Sequence record: OP045498.1
Source of the DNA: Klebsiella phage 150049
Reading direction: 5' to 3' (one strand)
Length of the DNA: 64,000 nt
Both the position numbers and the translations under genes were made by a program. The notes beneath the pieces were generated by a model that saw only the letters and a program-made list of their open reading frames with translations, did no database searches and was not told the origin of the DNA. Shown piece after piece: positions 29,631 to 38,297 of this stretch; position 1 is the stretch's first letter, and each line of letters begins with the position of its first letter.

Positions 29631-29922
29631 CTTCACCTTCAAAGCCGCAGTCATAACGGCAAGTAAAAGAATCAGAACTATTAGTACGTTGAGTAGTGAT
29701 TTCACCACGTTTGCTAACAGTAACAGCCGGAGTAGAGAAGTTTTTATTAGTATAGATTTCTACTTTACCATTACGTTCTTTAACATCACGTACTTTACCA
29801 TATTCGGTGGTAATGCCGTTCTGTTGAACTTTAACATTACCATTTTTCATAGAAACTTTGGTAGATGCCAGAGAACCGAAACTAACTGCTGAAATTACCA
29901 GAGCAATAATAAACTTATTCAT
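29623..29922 (-). CDS. secreted small protein
   Basis: Start ATG 29922 with GAGGAAG RBS; signal peptide MNKFIIALVISAVSFGSLAS. Confidence 0.4.
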   Translation of the reverse strand: MNKFIIALVISAVSFGSLASTKVSMKNGNVKVQQNGITTEYGKVRDVKERNGKVEIYTNKNFSTPAVTVSKRGEITTQRTNSSDSFTCRYDCGFEGEDE

Positions 29923-30196
29923 CAGGATCTTCCTCATTACAGTCACGGCATACATCATAATCGTTGTAAGAATGTTCGTGCGCTTCACACCACCAGCCAC
30001 ATTCGTCACACAGAAAGATTTCGGTCTTTTCAATGGCTTGGCCTAGTAATTCGTCGGCTTCGTCATGTGTAATCTTCAGGCTACAAACATCAGCTACTTG
30101 TTGAACAATCAGACTCCCTACTTTGTGGTAGGACATGCAGGTTCCCTGTGCATCATGCTCAAGGACGTGGATAGCACAGTCTAAGCGATTTTTCAT
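29915..30196 (-). CDS. Cys-rich small protein
   Basis: CDECGWWC and CRDC pairs; cassette upstream. Confidence 0.45.
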   Translation of the reverse strand: MKNRLDCAIHVLEHDAQGTCMSYHKVGSLIVQQVADVCSLKITHDEADELLGQAIEKTEIFLCDECGWWCEAHEHSYNDYDVCRDCNEEDPDE

Positions 30197-30262
30197 TTCA
30201 AAGCCCTCTCATCAATTTATATAAATATTATATCAAAAGGAGAGGGTTTTAGCAAATGAATT
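30197..30262 (-). promoter_or_regulatory. early promoter cassette
   Basis: Minus strand TTGCTA-17-TATAAT then ATTTATATAAATTGATGAGAGGG ATG. Confidence 0.6.
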
Positions 30263-30272
30263 ATTTACGAAA

Positions 30273-30626
30273 TTAGTCGTAGCACCACCATAACCCGCGC
30301 TTACGCAGGTCATGATCGCGATTATAGTCGTAATTTTCTGGATCTTTCATCACATGGTGAAGTTCGTAACGGTTTCCCTGACGAACCATTTTGTTAGAAT
30401 GCCACTTAACATTCCTACTAACAGAATCCCAATTGTACCCATCCTTTTTCTCATATTTAATGATATCGTCTTGTAATTCCTTTTCAATTTCTTCTCTAGT
30501 GTACGGGACTGCCGGTTCTTTCAAGGCGAAGAAACGACGATTGTACCCAAGAGTAAAGTTGAATTTAGAACGATGTGCATCACGCCAGTGACGATCACCA
30601 GATTGTTTACGATATGTACGGCTCAT
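30273..30626 (-). CDS. hypothetical basic protein
   Basis: ORF. Confidence 0.5.
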   Translation of the reverse strand: MSRTYRKQSGDRHWRDAHRSKFNFTLGYNRRFFALKEPAVPYTREEIEKELQDDIIKYEKKDGYNWDSVSRNVKWHSNKMVRQGNRYELHHVMKDPENYDYNRDHDLRKRGLWWCYD

Positions 30627-30684
30627 ATTACCTCCATTAAGTCTTTTAAATTAACTTAATGTGGGCGAACTTCAAAATATAACA

Positions 30685-30870
30685 TCAGTAATCTCCGTTG
30701 TCGTTGTATACTACCCCACTGCTCGGGAGTTCTTCTACTGTCACATCCTCGAATTCTATAGAACTTCTATGGTTTCTAGCCAGTTCGATTGCTTCTTCTG
30801 CAGTTTCTGCAACGACAATAGCTGTACCACCTAACCACAGGCCGCTATAGTTCACTTTAAAAATTTTCAT
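30685..30870 (-). CDS. hypothetical small protein
   Basis: ORF. Confidence 0.4.
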   Translation of the reverse strand: MKIFKVNYSGLWLGGTAIVVAETAEEAIELARNHRSSIEFEDVTVEELPSSGVVYNDNGDY

Positions 30871-30934
30871 TTCGAAAATCCTACATACAAGAAAACCCCA
30901 GACTACTTATTCAATAGCTGGGGTTTATTATTAA

Positions 30935-31234
30935 TTAGATAATTTCGACAATATCCTGAGTTACAAAACCGTCGAATTCATCAGAGATACCACCTGTAAA
31001 GGTGATGCCCATAATCATTGCATCCATCTTTTTAATCTCCGAGATTTTCATACCTGCTTTACTATTCTTATAGTATTTGCGAGGATTCCCACACATCCAA
31101 CAAGAACAGATGCAAGGAGTGGTAGTGATAATGCCTAACCGCTTAGGACTTTCTTCATGTGGGAAGACTGTCCAATACTTTTTGCGATTGTTTTTCACAC
31201 GTTGCCGGTGATGGCGTCTTAATGCTCGATCCAC
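30935..31234 (-). CDS. Cys-rich small protein
   Basis: CICSCWMC cluster. Confidence 0.45.
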   Translation of the reverse strand: MDRALRRHHRQRVKNNRKKYWTVFPHEESPKRLGIITTTPCICSCWMCGNPRKYYKNSKAGMKISEIKKMDAMIMGITFTGGISDEFDGFVTQDIVEII

Positions 31235-31315
31235 ACATTTCTCCTAAAACTTGGGAGATAAATGGAGTTTGCTCGACTACCTTGCGTAGCTGGGAGAAAT
31301 CGTATCCAAACCCCA

Positions 31316-31684
31316 TTATATCGCCTGAGTAAATGTACGACTAATAACGTCGTTCTGTTGTTCACGCGTCAATGCGTTAAATCGAACAGCATAGCCAGAG
31401 ACACGGATGGTCAACTGAGGATATTTTTCAGGATGTTTCTGTGCATCCAAAAGCTGATCACGGCTTAACACATTGACATTTAGGTGCTGACCACCCTCGA
31501 CTTGAGGAACCACTTCCACATCTACAATGCGAAAGGCCTCAGGGTCAAAGTGAGGTGTGATACCTTCTAGATCTTCGACTAGAACTTTCTGTTTAAGTTC
31601 ACCATCTTTAGAATATAGTTGAATGATCTGATTGTTATGAACAATGTTAATTACGCCAGACTTAAGACTTTGATATGCTTTCAT
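31316..31684 (-). CDS. grcA: autonomous glycyl radical cofactor (GrcA/YfiD-like)
   Basis: C-terminus [12 protein letters not shown]...[36 protein letters not shown] nearly identical to the E. coli GrcA glycyl-radical motif. Confidence 0.8.
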   Translation of the reverse strand: MKAYQSLKSGVINIVHNNQIIQLYSKDGELKQKVLVEDLEGITPHFDPEAFRIVDVEVVPQVEGGQHLNVNVLSRDQLLDAQKHPEKYPQLTIRVSGYAVRFNALTREQQNDVISRTFTQAI

Positions 31685-31867
31685 TAGATCTCCCTGATGT
31701 TAGAATTTGGCTCAGCTTTTTGTTAACCCAGAAGCAAGATAAAAACTGGGAGGCAGGCTGTTTATTAAGTGAATACCCGATAATCGCTCGTAGTCCGGCT
31801 TGTGGATTGATAGTCCCATTCAGTTTAATAAACACAGAGATCTGGCACAAAGGCCTGATCTTATCTT

Positions 31868-31943
31868 TGGTAGTTAGTAGTGGATTTGAACCACTGTAGT
31901 CGCTCCGTATGAAGGAGGTGCATAACCGCTCTGCCAACTAACT
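31868..31943 (-). tRNA. tRNA-Met/Ile2 (CAT)
   Basis: CCA-encoded; T-arm AGTGG TTCAAAT CCACT; anticodon loop TTCATAC. Confidence 0.6.
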
Positions 31944-31949
31944 ATAATT

Positions 31950-32025
31950 TGGTACTCCGACTTGGGATCGAACCAAGATTTGACGATTATCGGTCGCCTG
32001 TTCTAACCTGTTGAACTATCAGAGC
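31950..32025 (-). tRNA. tRNA-Ile (GAT)
   Basis: T-arm CTTGG TTCGATC CCAAG; anticodon loop CCGATAA. Confidence 0.7.
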
Positions 32026-32026
32026 A

Positions 32027-32320
32027 TTACATCATTTCATCTAAGTAAGAAGTATACTGGTATTTAGCTTCACCAGTCTTATCTACTTCTACCTCAGTTC
32101 GTGGTACTTTACGAACTAGACCGTGAATCATCTTATAGTTAATAGACTTAGATGGTTCGTGATCTTTTGGAAAGACTTGTTTAACCGTTACTACTTTGAA
32201 GCCTTCACGAGGTGTTAATACAACAACTTGATCACCTTCTTTAATTTTCCAGGACTCAGGAAATTCGTAAGTGTAGCGTTGACCACCAGTTTGGAACACG
32301 ACAGAAAGATAACGTTTCAT
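32027..32320 (-). CDS. hypothetical protein
   Basis: ORF with cassette upstream. Confidence 0.5.
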   Translation of the reverse strand: MKRYLSVVFQTGGQRYTYEFPESWKIKEGDQVVVLTPREGFKVVTVKQVFPKDHEPSKSINYKMIHGLVRKVPRTEVEVDKTGEAKYQYTSYLDEMM

Positions 32321-32385
32321 TTGGTTTCCCTCTCATTAATTTATATAAATATTATAACAAGAAATAAGAGAGAAGGCAAATGAAT
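32321..32385 (-). promoter_or_regulatory. early promoter cassette
   Basis: Conserved cassette. Confidence 0.55.
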
Positions 32386-32395
32386 TTTTTAAATT

Positions 32396-32470
32396 TGGTG
32401 CTCCCACCAGGAATCGAACCCGGTTCAGATGCTTACAAGGCAACTGCATCGCCAGCAATGCTTTAGGAGC
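32396..32470 (-). tRNA. tRNA-Thr (TGT)
   Basis: T-arm CGGGT TCGATTC; anticodon loop CTTGTAA. Confidence 0.65.
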
Positions 32471-32636
32471 ATTAACCCGTTATTTCAACGGGATTTCTTT
32501 TTCAAATACAGGAGACTTATCAGACATTACTGTCATAGCCAACTGCTGTAAGAATTCGAAGGAGAGTTTTAAACGTTCTTCACCCAACTCAACCTCAACA
32601 CACTTCATTTGCTTATCAACCTTTAGCTTTAGATTA

Positions 32637-32858
32637 TCAGCCATCTTCGGGTTCTCTTTGCTCAGCTATTGCTAGCCAGTCTGGTAAAAGAAACTTAGTA
32701 CGAAATTCTTCATATGTTTCTTCTGGATGAAAGCTATAGCCTTGTTTTTCATCATTTAATAAAACCGAACCATCTTCTTGCTCATAAGCTCGATATGTTT
32801 CACCAATAATTAAAACTCGTCTATTGGGGTTTTTATTACGAAACTCAAAAACGTCCAT
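32637..32858 (-). CDS. hypothetical protein
   Basis: ORF. Confidence 0.45.
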   Translation of the reverse strand: MDVFEFRNKNPNRRVLIIGETYRAYEQEDGSVLLNDEKQGYSFHPEETYEEFRTKFLLPDWLAIAEQREPEDG

Positions 32859-32874
32859 AACGTTTCCTTATATT

Positions 32875-32949
32875 TGGTGCGGGATACGAGAGTCGAACTC
32901 GTGTCTACTGGTTGGAAGCCAGTTATTCTAGCCACTGAACTAATCACGC
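32875..32949 (-). tRNA. tRNA-Gly (TCC)
   Basis: Anticodon arm ACTGG CTTCCAA CCAGT. Confidence 0.7.
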
Positions 32950-32955
32950 ATAAAT

Positions 32956-33031
32956 TGGCTGGAGAAGGAGGAATCGAACCTACCATTAACGGAGTCAAAG
33001 GCCGTTGTGCTAACCGTTACACTACTCTCCA
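32956..33031 (-). tRNA. tRNA-Gln (TTG)
   Basis: Anticodon loop CTTTGAC; T-loop TTCGATT. Confidence 0.6.
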
Positions 33032-33037
33032 ATTGTT

Positions 33038-33113
33038 TGGCTGGGATGCCACGGATCGAACGTGGAACCTTCGGAGTCAGAGGCCGACGATCTGCCAATT
33101 GATCTACATCCCA
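33038..33113 (-). tRNA. tRNA-Gln (CTG)
   Basis: Anticodon loop CTCTGAC; T-arm CCACG TTCGATC CGTGG. Confidence 0.6.
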
Positions 33114-33121
33114 ATAATTTT

Positions 33122-33322
33122 TTATTCTACAGGAACCGTGGCGATTGGATCAGGTTCTTCTAGACGTTTACCATTATGATCAACACGAATAATACCACAA
33201 CCCTCACAGATTACAACAGCACCATAGCCTTCTTTAACTTCGGCTTCTGTAATCAGACCAGAAAGATCACCAGTATCTTTGCCCCACATATCGATAGAGC
33301 ATTCTTTGCAGAAATCAGCCAT
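33122..33322 (-). CDS. zinc-ribbon small protein
   Basis: CKEC ... CEGC pairs. Confidence 0.45.
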   Translation of the reverse strand: MADFCKECSIDMWGKDTGDLSGLITEAEVKEGYGAVVICEGCGIIRVDHNGKRLEEPDPIATVPVE

Positions 33323-33346
33323 ATTTTATTTCCTGTTTAAGTTAAT

Positions 33347-33421
33347 TGGTGCATCCTCAGGGAATCGAACCCCGATCGTAAAGTTCGTAGCTTTACATTC
33401 TTTCCGTTGAAATAAGGACGC
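33347..33421 (-). tRNA. tRNA-Arg (ACG)
   Basis: Anticodon arm TAAAG CTACGAA CTTTA. Confidence 0.7.
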
Positions 33422-33427
33422 AATATT

Positions 33428-33504
33428 TGGGGTGGCTAGTGGAATTCGAATCCACATAGGCCTGATTCACAATCAGGATCATTAACCAATTATGATATAG
33501 CCAC
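33428..33504 (-). tRNA. tRNA-His (GTG)
   Basis: Perfect acceptor GTGGCTA/TAGCCAC; anticodon loop TTGTGAA; T-arm GTGGA TTCGAAT TCCAC. Confidence 0.75.
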
Positions 33505-33867
33505 AATTGAAAACCATTGAGGAGTAGCGAACTCTCTACACTAGAAGCTTGCATGCTCATACCTAGTGATTAGACCTAGCAAATAGGCGCTACAAGTAAC
33601 GACCCTAAGTGGTAGACTCAAACAGACAATGATTTTCAATTGTGGCGGCTCTCCGAAACTCATCACACTAACAACTAGTTGATTACTTCTGGATTCTCGC
33701 CCAGAAAATTCTCTAGAAAGGTGCACCGTTACTCTTTGAGCCATTGATGATGGGATGGTCTCTCATCCCCACTAACTACTTAATCCTTACGATTCGTCGG
33801 TTAGCACGAGCAGCAACCCTTCATATATAATTTATAGTGCCCAGAAGGTCATTAGAAGCACTTTATC

Positions 33868-33999
33868 AAGAAGTAGAAGGACTCGAACCTTCAAGAGATA
33901 GACCATTTATCTCAGCCTCGTTTTCGGGTATCTTATGAGGAGTGGATGTTCCCCTTACGCCCTTTAGGAAGCCCCGTCTACCGATTCCGGCATACTTCA
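33868..33999 (-). ncRNA. aberrant ~132-nt tRNA-like element (possible interrupted or decayed tRNA)
   Basis: Perfect D-arm CCCG GAATCGGTAGA CGGG and perfect T-arm GAAGG TTCGAGT CCTTC with pairing acceptor arms TGAAGTA/TACTTCT, but about 80 nt between D- and T-arms and no CCA. Confidence 0.3.
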
Positions 34000-34030
34000 A
34001 GATTCTGCTAGTCCGAGTCATGCTCTAGCA

Positions 34031-34372
34031 TCAAATGCTCGGTGTTAGTGGTTTCCAAAGTTTAGCAAACTTTAAAACATTTGGTATATCGTTAGAACTT
34101 ACTGGCATAACTACTAAACAGCTGGGTTCTGCGTTACAAATAGTACGCTCAAATCCTTTACTACACTCTAGCGTAGACAGAATCTTCTTAAATTCTTTCT
34201 TGTTAACCTTAATAACTACCTTAAAGAAGCAGTTGTCAAACCAATCCTTATATCTAGGATCATCCTGAAATTTAACATGAGCATTTAAAACAGAGTGTGC
34301 CACTAGAGTCGGCACCATATAATCAGGGGCTTCATCTAATACTGCAATATACATCTTACTATAAGTACTCAT
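34031..34372 (-). CDS. hypothetical protein
   Basis: ORF. Confidence 0.5.
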   Translation of the reverse strand: MSTYSKMYIAVLDEAPDYMVPTLVAHSVLNAHVKFQDDPRYKDWFDNCFFKVVIKVNKKEFKKILSTLECSKGFERTICNAEPSCLVVMPVSSNDIPNVLKFAKLWKPLTPSI

Positions 34373-34387
34373 ACTGTTCCTTATAAT

Positions 34388-34477
34388 TTGGAGGAAGGTA
34401 ATGGAGTCGAACCATCACCATATCGCTACAGCGGGCAGGTTTTCAAGACCTGTTACATACCACTATGTCCTACCTTC
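34388..34477 (-). tRNA. tRNA-Ser (TGA), class II
   Basis: Long variable arm CGCT GT AGCG; anticodon arm CAGGT CTTGAAA ACCTG. Confidence 0.7.
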
Positions 34478-34484
34478 CAGTTGT

Positions 34485-34577
34485 TTGGCGGAAGAAGAGA
34501 GATTCGAACTCTCAAGCCTGCTTTCACAAGTCAGCCACTTTCCAAGCGGTTTTCGTCACCAAGTCGATTTGCTCTTC
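34485..34577 (-). tRNA. tRNA-Ser (GGA), class II
   Basis: T-arm GAGAG TTCGAAT CTCTC; 3-bp D-stem; anticodon loop TTGGAAA; long variable arm. Confidence 0.5.
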
Positions 34578-34736
34578 CGTAGATCTCAGGATTAAATCAT
34601 AAACTTCATTAGCGGATACTGGAAGTATGAGATTATACATCTTTTGGTCATACCTCTGACCATACTCTATAAACACATACTCTTTAGTTAATGTATTAAC
34701 AGCTAACCAGATATCAGTTATAGGAGTTTTCATCAT
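34524..34736 (-). CDS. hypothetical small protein
   Basis: ORF; 3' end overlaps the tRNA-Ser(GGA) call by about 50 nt, so one of the two calls may be offset. Confidence 0.3.
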   Translation of the reverse strand: MMKTPITDIWLAVNTLTKEYVFIEYGQRYDQKMYNLILPVSANEVYDLILRSTEEQIDLVTKTAWKVADL

Positions 34737-34752
34737 GAGTTAATCCAATGTT

Positions 34753-34833
34753 TGGTAGGGATGGAGGGACTCGAACCCACACCCGAAGACTAGAACCTAA
34801 ATCTAGCGCGTCTGCCAATTTCGCCACATCCCC
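34753..34833 (-). tRNA. tRNA-Leu (TAG), class II
   Basis: Anticodon arm CTAGA TTTAGGT TCTAG; variable arm; T-loop TTCGAGT. Confidence 0.6.
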
Positions 34834-34840
34834 ATTTTAT

Positions 34841-35059
34841 TTAGTTAGAAATAAATAATAATCCCGCAACAATGGAACCTACGCCACTGAATACCATTAT
34901 CAGCATAGCTTCTAAGCTGATAAAGCGGACAGTATATGGAGCGCCCCAAGAATAATCAGTAAAGAAAGTTTTCTTTTCTTTAGCTAAATCTTTAACAGTT
35001 CTAAAATAGATAGCTAGTGCTAAAGCTGCAAGAACTACAGAGGTTGCTAAGAATACCAT
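34841..35059 (-). CDS. small membrane protein
   Basis: Two TM segments. Confidence 0.4.
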   Translation of the reverse strand: MVFLATSVVLAALALAIYFRTVKDLAKEKKTFFTDYSWGAPYTVRFISLEAMLIMVFSGVGSIVAGLLFISN

Positions 35060-35078
35060 ATTATTTCCTTAATTTGTT

Positions 35079-35154
35079 TGGTGGAGTCACTCAGAATTGA
35101 ACTGAGTTCCACTGCTTGCAAGGCAGTAAGTTTAACCAAATAACCTATGACCCC
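35079..35154 (-). tRNA. tRNA-Ala (TGC)
   Basis: G3:U70 pair; anticodon arm ACTGC CTTGCAA GCAGT. Confidence 0.7.
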
Positions 35155-35159
35155 GAATT

Positions 35160-35233
35160 TGGTGGAGAAAGAGGGAGTTGAACCCTCGTCTTCTGCGTGC
35201 AAAGCAGATGTTCTACCATTAAACTATATCCCC
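35160..35233 (-). tRNA. tRNA-Ala (TGC), second copy
   Basis: G3:U70; anticodon arm TCTGC TTTGCAC GCAGA identical to E. coli tRNA-Ala. Confidence 0.75.
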
Positions 35234-35560
35234 AAAATCTTTTAGTTTACTAAGGCTATTAGCTCGGTGTGCGTAATACCCTCGGCAATTAGCCATGCGA
35301 GGATACCCGCTCTCCACAAACCCGATACACTATTCAGTTGCCGCTGAATCTAGTGGACTAATCTAGAACTTCTTGCAAAGTATCCCCCGCCATTAGGGGT
35401 CTAATTGCAACCGTGCTTTTTGGCAGCCAGTCCTAGGTCGAGCTAATACCTTAGTGAACTAAATTGATGGATATCAGACTAATTTTGCTACGGCGTTTAT
35501 CCTGAGGATCTCTTTTTCGGTAGCTCTGCTAGTGTAGACGTCATACACCTGATATCTAGG

Positions 35561-35640
35561 CAGCTATTTTCACATCAATTTATATAAATATTATAACAAG
35601 AAATTAAGCATCAAGCAAGTACATTTTTAGCAATTTCTTG
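35561..35640 (-). promoter_or_regulatory. early promoter cassette
   Basis: Conserved cassette upstream of CDS 35611-35970. Confidence 0.5.
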
Positions 35641-35970
35641 TAGTTCCTTAACGTCACTAACGAAAAGGTAGTCAGAGCTTCCAGAGTGCATACTCTGCAT
35701 AACCACACCACCATCCGGTGCATCTTCTTTCAAAGTAATACCTAACCAGAACTCGGCAAAACTAGGTGTTACCTCACCTTGACTTGCCTTGAACACATCG
35801 CCTTCTGTAATCTCTTGACCAGTGGAGAGTCCCATGTATGGTACGTTCAGATCAATATCTTTGTAGAATTCAGCTAGATCTTGCTCGAAATCCCAACCTT
35901 TAGAGATAGCGAACTCCATTGTTACATGACCGAAATAGCCTTGAACCTTGCTTGATAATTGCATTTGCAA
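35611..35970 (-). CDS. hypothetical protein
   Basis: ORF. Confidence 0.5.
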   Translation of the reverse strand: MQMQLSSKVQGYFGHVTMEFAISKGWDFEQDLAEFYKDIDLNVPYMGLSTGQEITEGDVFKASQGEVTPSFAEFWLGITLKEDAPDGGVVMQSMHSGSSDYLFVSDVKELQEIAKNVLA

Positions 35971-35989
35971 TTCCTTATTTTGAGTTAAT

Positions 35990-36063
35990 TGGTACTCGGT
36001 GATAGAATCGAACTATCGCAACCGCCGTGTAAAGACGGGGTTCTCCCATTAAACTAACCGAGC
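35990..36063 (-). tRNA. tRNA-Val (TAC)
   Basis: Anticodon arm CCGTC TTTACAC GGCGG; T-arm GATAG TTCGATT CTATC. Confidence 0.75.
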
Positions 36064-36196
36064 AAAAGACGTCCTATAATATAGGCTTCAACTACAAATT
36101 CACAGAAACCTGCTAAAAACATACCTATTGTAAAATCGGCAGAGAATACATAGGAATCTTTTATTTTCTGCTTCATTAAGTAAAACCAGATAGTCA

Positions 36197-36514
36197 TTAA
36201 AATCTCTCCATTCTAAAGCCAATGAAGTAAGGTGCATTACATGGAACATGCTTAAGATCTTTAAGAGTAATTTTACGTCCTAAGCGTCGTTCCATACAAG
36301 TGAAACATAGAACAATATCTTTGGGCTGCTCTTTTCTTATCTGATCCCAGACCCAATCTTCAACCATACACATTTCATGGTATTGTTCACAGTCTCGACA
36401 ATAATGTCGCTGATGTTCTGGTACTTTTTGATTTTTAATACACAGTTCAGTAAAGCGTTTTCCGGCTCTGCCAGACATTTCTGATATTGTTTCTAGAACT
36501 TTGTTAATATTCAT
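36197..36514 (-). CDS. Cys/His-rich protein
   Basis: HYCRDCEQYHEMC ... CFTCMERR. Confidence 0.5.
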   Translation of the reverse strand: MNINKVLETISEMSGRAGKRFTELCIKNQKVPEHQRHYCRDCEQYHEMCMVEDWVWDQIRKEQPKDIVLCFTCMERRLGRKITLKDLKHVPCNAPYFIGFRMERF

Positions 36515-36531
36515 AACAAATTCCTTTAAAT

Positions 36532-36610
36532 TGGTAGACCGCCTGGGACTCGAACCCAGAACCTTCCGGTTAAAAGCCGGGTGCTGCTAAACCAATTGAG
36601 CTAGCGATCT
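36532..36610 (-). tRNA. tRNA-Lys (TTT)
   Basis: Anticodon hairpin CCGG CTTTTAA CCGG; T-arm CTGGG TTCGAGT CCCAG; D-region 3 nt longer than canonical. Confidence 0.55.
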
Positions 36611-36612
36611 AT

Positions 36613-36777
36613 TTAGTACATATATACTTCTTTAATAGAGTAGACTTTTAAGTAAGGATGATTAATACCAAATTCCGCCATCACTTCGTTTTCATCTTTA
36701 CCGTAATGGGCTAGTGGATACTTCTTACGATCTTTGCTAGAACGTAGATCACTTACTTTTAAACGAAATAATTTCAT
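36613..36777 (-). CDS. 54 aa small protein between tRNAs
   Basis: AGAAGGA RBS before ATG 36777; stop at 36613. Confidence 0.35.
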   Translation of the reverse strand: MKLFRLKVSDLRSSKDRKKYPLAHYGKDENEVMAEFGINHPYLKVYSIKEVYMY

Positions 36778-36798
36778 TTCGAAATCCTTCTATTAAAT

Positions 36799-36876
36799 TG
36801 GAAGCGGGTGTAGGAATCGAACCTACCTCTTTCTAGCTTATGAGACTAGCGATCTCTACCAGAGATCTAACCCGCA
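36799..36876 (-). tRNA. tRNA-Met (CAT)
   Basis: D-arm GATC TCTGGTAGA GATC; anticodon arm CTAGT CTCATAA GCTAG. Confidence 0.65.
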
Positions 36877-36882
36877 ATTGTT

Positions 36883-36960
36883 TGGTCTCCGTGGGAGGAT
36901 TTGAACCCCCGACCCTACCGCCCCAAACGGAACGCTCTGGCCAAACTGAGCTACACGGAG
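36883..36960 (-). tRNA. tRNA-Pro (TGG)
   Basis: Perfect acceptor CTCCGTG/CACGGAG; anticodon loop TTTGGGG as in E. coli tRNA-Pro. Confidence 0.75.
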
Positions 36961-36963
36961 AAT

Positions 36964-37030
36964 ATTCTTTGTTAACTCACTTTATAAAATATATTATACA
37001 GATATTTAAGCATAATAGCAAATGAGTTTT
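36964..37030 (-). promoter_or_regulatory. early promoter cassette driving tRNA transcription (no RBS or ATG)
   Basis: Cassette -35/-10 immediately upstream of the tRNA-Pro 5' end. Confidence 0.5.
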
Positions 37031-37272
37031 TAATAAATTTACTTATTGCGTAGGCCACCTCACGCTTCAAACGCTCTGCTGACAAAGAAGTTTGCGAGAC
37101 TTCTCTTAAATGCCAGAATAGACCCGCCGATCTATCGGAACCTACTCAATAAGTAAACTTTCGTTTACCTACACCTACCTGGTCGGGAGGATTTTCAGCG
37201 ACTAGAACCGGCCGGAAACTCATCGCCTTGTTTATCTAGGAGTCCGTTCTCTAGGAAGCAGAAACCTAAATT

Positions 37273-37346
37273 TGGTGCGGTCGGAGGGAATCGAACCCTC
37301 AACTTTTGGTTGGCAACCAAAAATTATACCTTTTAACTACGAACGC
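37273..37346 (-). tRNA. tRNA-Gly (GCC)
   Basis: Anticodon arm TTTGG TTGCCAA CCAAA. Confidence 0.7.
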
Positions 37347-37355
37347 ATAATAAGT

Positions 37356-37477
37356 CAATCTAGGCAGGACTTGAACCTGCTATCACTTGTGCGGATTTAC
37401 GAGAACCATTCTTTCACTCGAATCGAACGAGCTTCTACCCTCGGCAAGCTGGTGTCCCCTCTCCACCACGCTAGAAT
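37356..37477 (-). ncRNA. aberrant ~122-nt tRNA-like element with two T-arm-like hairpins
   Basis: GCAGG TTCAAGT CCTGC and GCTCG TTCGATT CGAGT hairpins; acceptor-like arms ATTCTAG/CTAGATT pair 6/7; no canonical cloverleaf. Confidence 0.25.
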
Positions 37478-37549
37478 GTTTGTTAATGAATAGAGTCCGG
37501 TGTAGCAGTCCGTAAGGGTGCACCTACTGTAGCCTTTACTCTATTTGTT

Positions 37550-37626
37550 TGGTACTCCCAGAAGGACTTGAACCTTCAACCCTCCGCTTAAGAGGCGGTA
37601 GCTCTGACCAGTTGAGCTATGGAAGC
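37550..37626 (-). tRNA. tRNA-Lys (CTT)
   Basis: T-arm GAAGG TTCAAGT CCTTC; anticodon hairpin CCGC CTCTTAA GCGG. Confidence 0.6.
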
Positions 37627-37627
37627 A

Positions 37628-37819
37628 TTAAATCTCTTTTAAGAAATCTTTAGGAATAGTAAAACTAGGATAATCACCTGTTTCGTCTAATGTTACACTT
37701 GTATGCTCTATTCCAGTATATCGAGTATCATCTGAGGCTAAACCATAATCATGAAATTTCAATGAGTATACAGTTTGTCCTGCATGTTCACCTTTAATAA
37801 CTAAATATTTGCGTGTCAT
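37628..37819 (-). CDS. hypothetical small protein
   Basis: Start moved to ATG 37819 (AGGA RBS) to avoid tRNA-Asp. Confidence 0.4.
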   Translation of the reverse strand: MTRKYLVIKGEHAGQTVYSLKFHDYGLASDDTRYTGIEHTSVTLDETGDYPSFTIPKDFLKEI

Positions 37820-37833
37820 ACTATATCCTAAAT

Positions 37834-37910
37834 TGGCGCGACCGATGGGATTCGAACCCACATTCTCTCCCGTGACAGGGGAGTACCATTACCAAGCCAG
37901 CCCCGATCGC
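37834..37910 (-). tRNA. tRNA-Asp (GTC)
   Basis: Anticodon arm CTCCC CTGTCAC GGGAG; T-loop TTCGAAT. Confidence 0.75.
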
Positions 37911-37919
37911 ATAATTTGT

Positions 37920-38105
37920 TTACTCAGCTTTGAGTTTTTTGATAGCTTCCTCAACCTCTTTTAGAGCTTCACGACGCTCTACTTGACCTTGAAGTTCTTC
38001 AAGAAGTTCAGCTTTCAGAGCCTTAATAATATTACCACGAACCTTAATATTATTAATTAGATTATCACGATCAGCTTCTAGTCGAGCAATTGCACGAGTT
38101 GTCAT
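37920..38105 (-). CDS. small coiled-coil protein
   Basis: ORF. Confidence 0.4.
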   Translation of the reverse strand: MTTRAIARLEADRDNLINNIKVRGNIIKALKAELLEELQGQVERREALKEVEEAIKKLKAE

Positions 38106-38207
38106 ATCTATTTCCTCAGTTATTAATGAAAATGGTATCTGTGACTGAATTCGATATCAGTAATGATAGCTGGTTGGCTACCGGTTTACTTAACTCTACA
38201 CAGAATA

Positions 38208-38290
38208 TGGCGGGCCGTGTAGGATTCGAACCTACGTTGTCTTTCGACATGGATTAACAGTCCACCGCCAAACCGCTTGGCTAACGACCC
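38208..38290 (-). tRNA. tRNA-Asn (GTT) with extended variable loop
   Basis: Anticodon arm GTGGA CTGTTAA TCCAT as in E. coli tRNA-Asn, but a 13-nt variable region (83 nt total). Confidence 0.6.
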
Positions 38291-38297
38291 TAAAATT

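Noticed and set aside
31662-31937. 91 aa minus-strand ORF
   Set aside because: Overlaps tRNA-Met (31868-31943) and the grcA start; no RBS.
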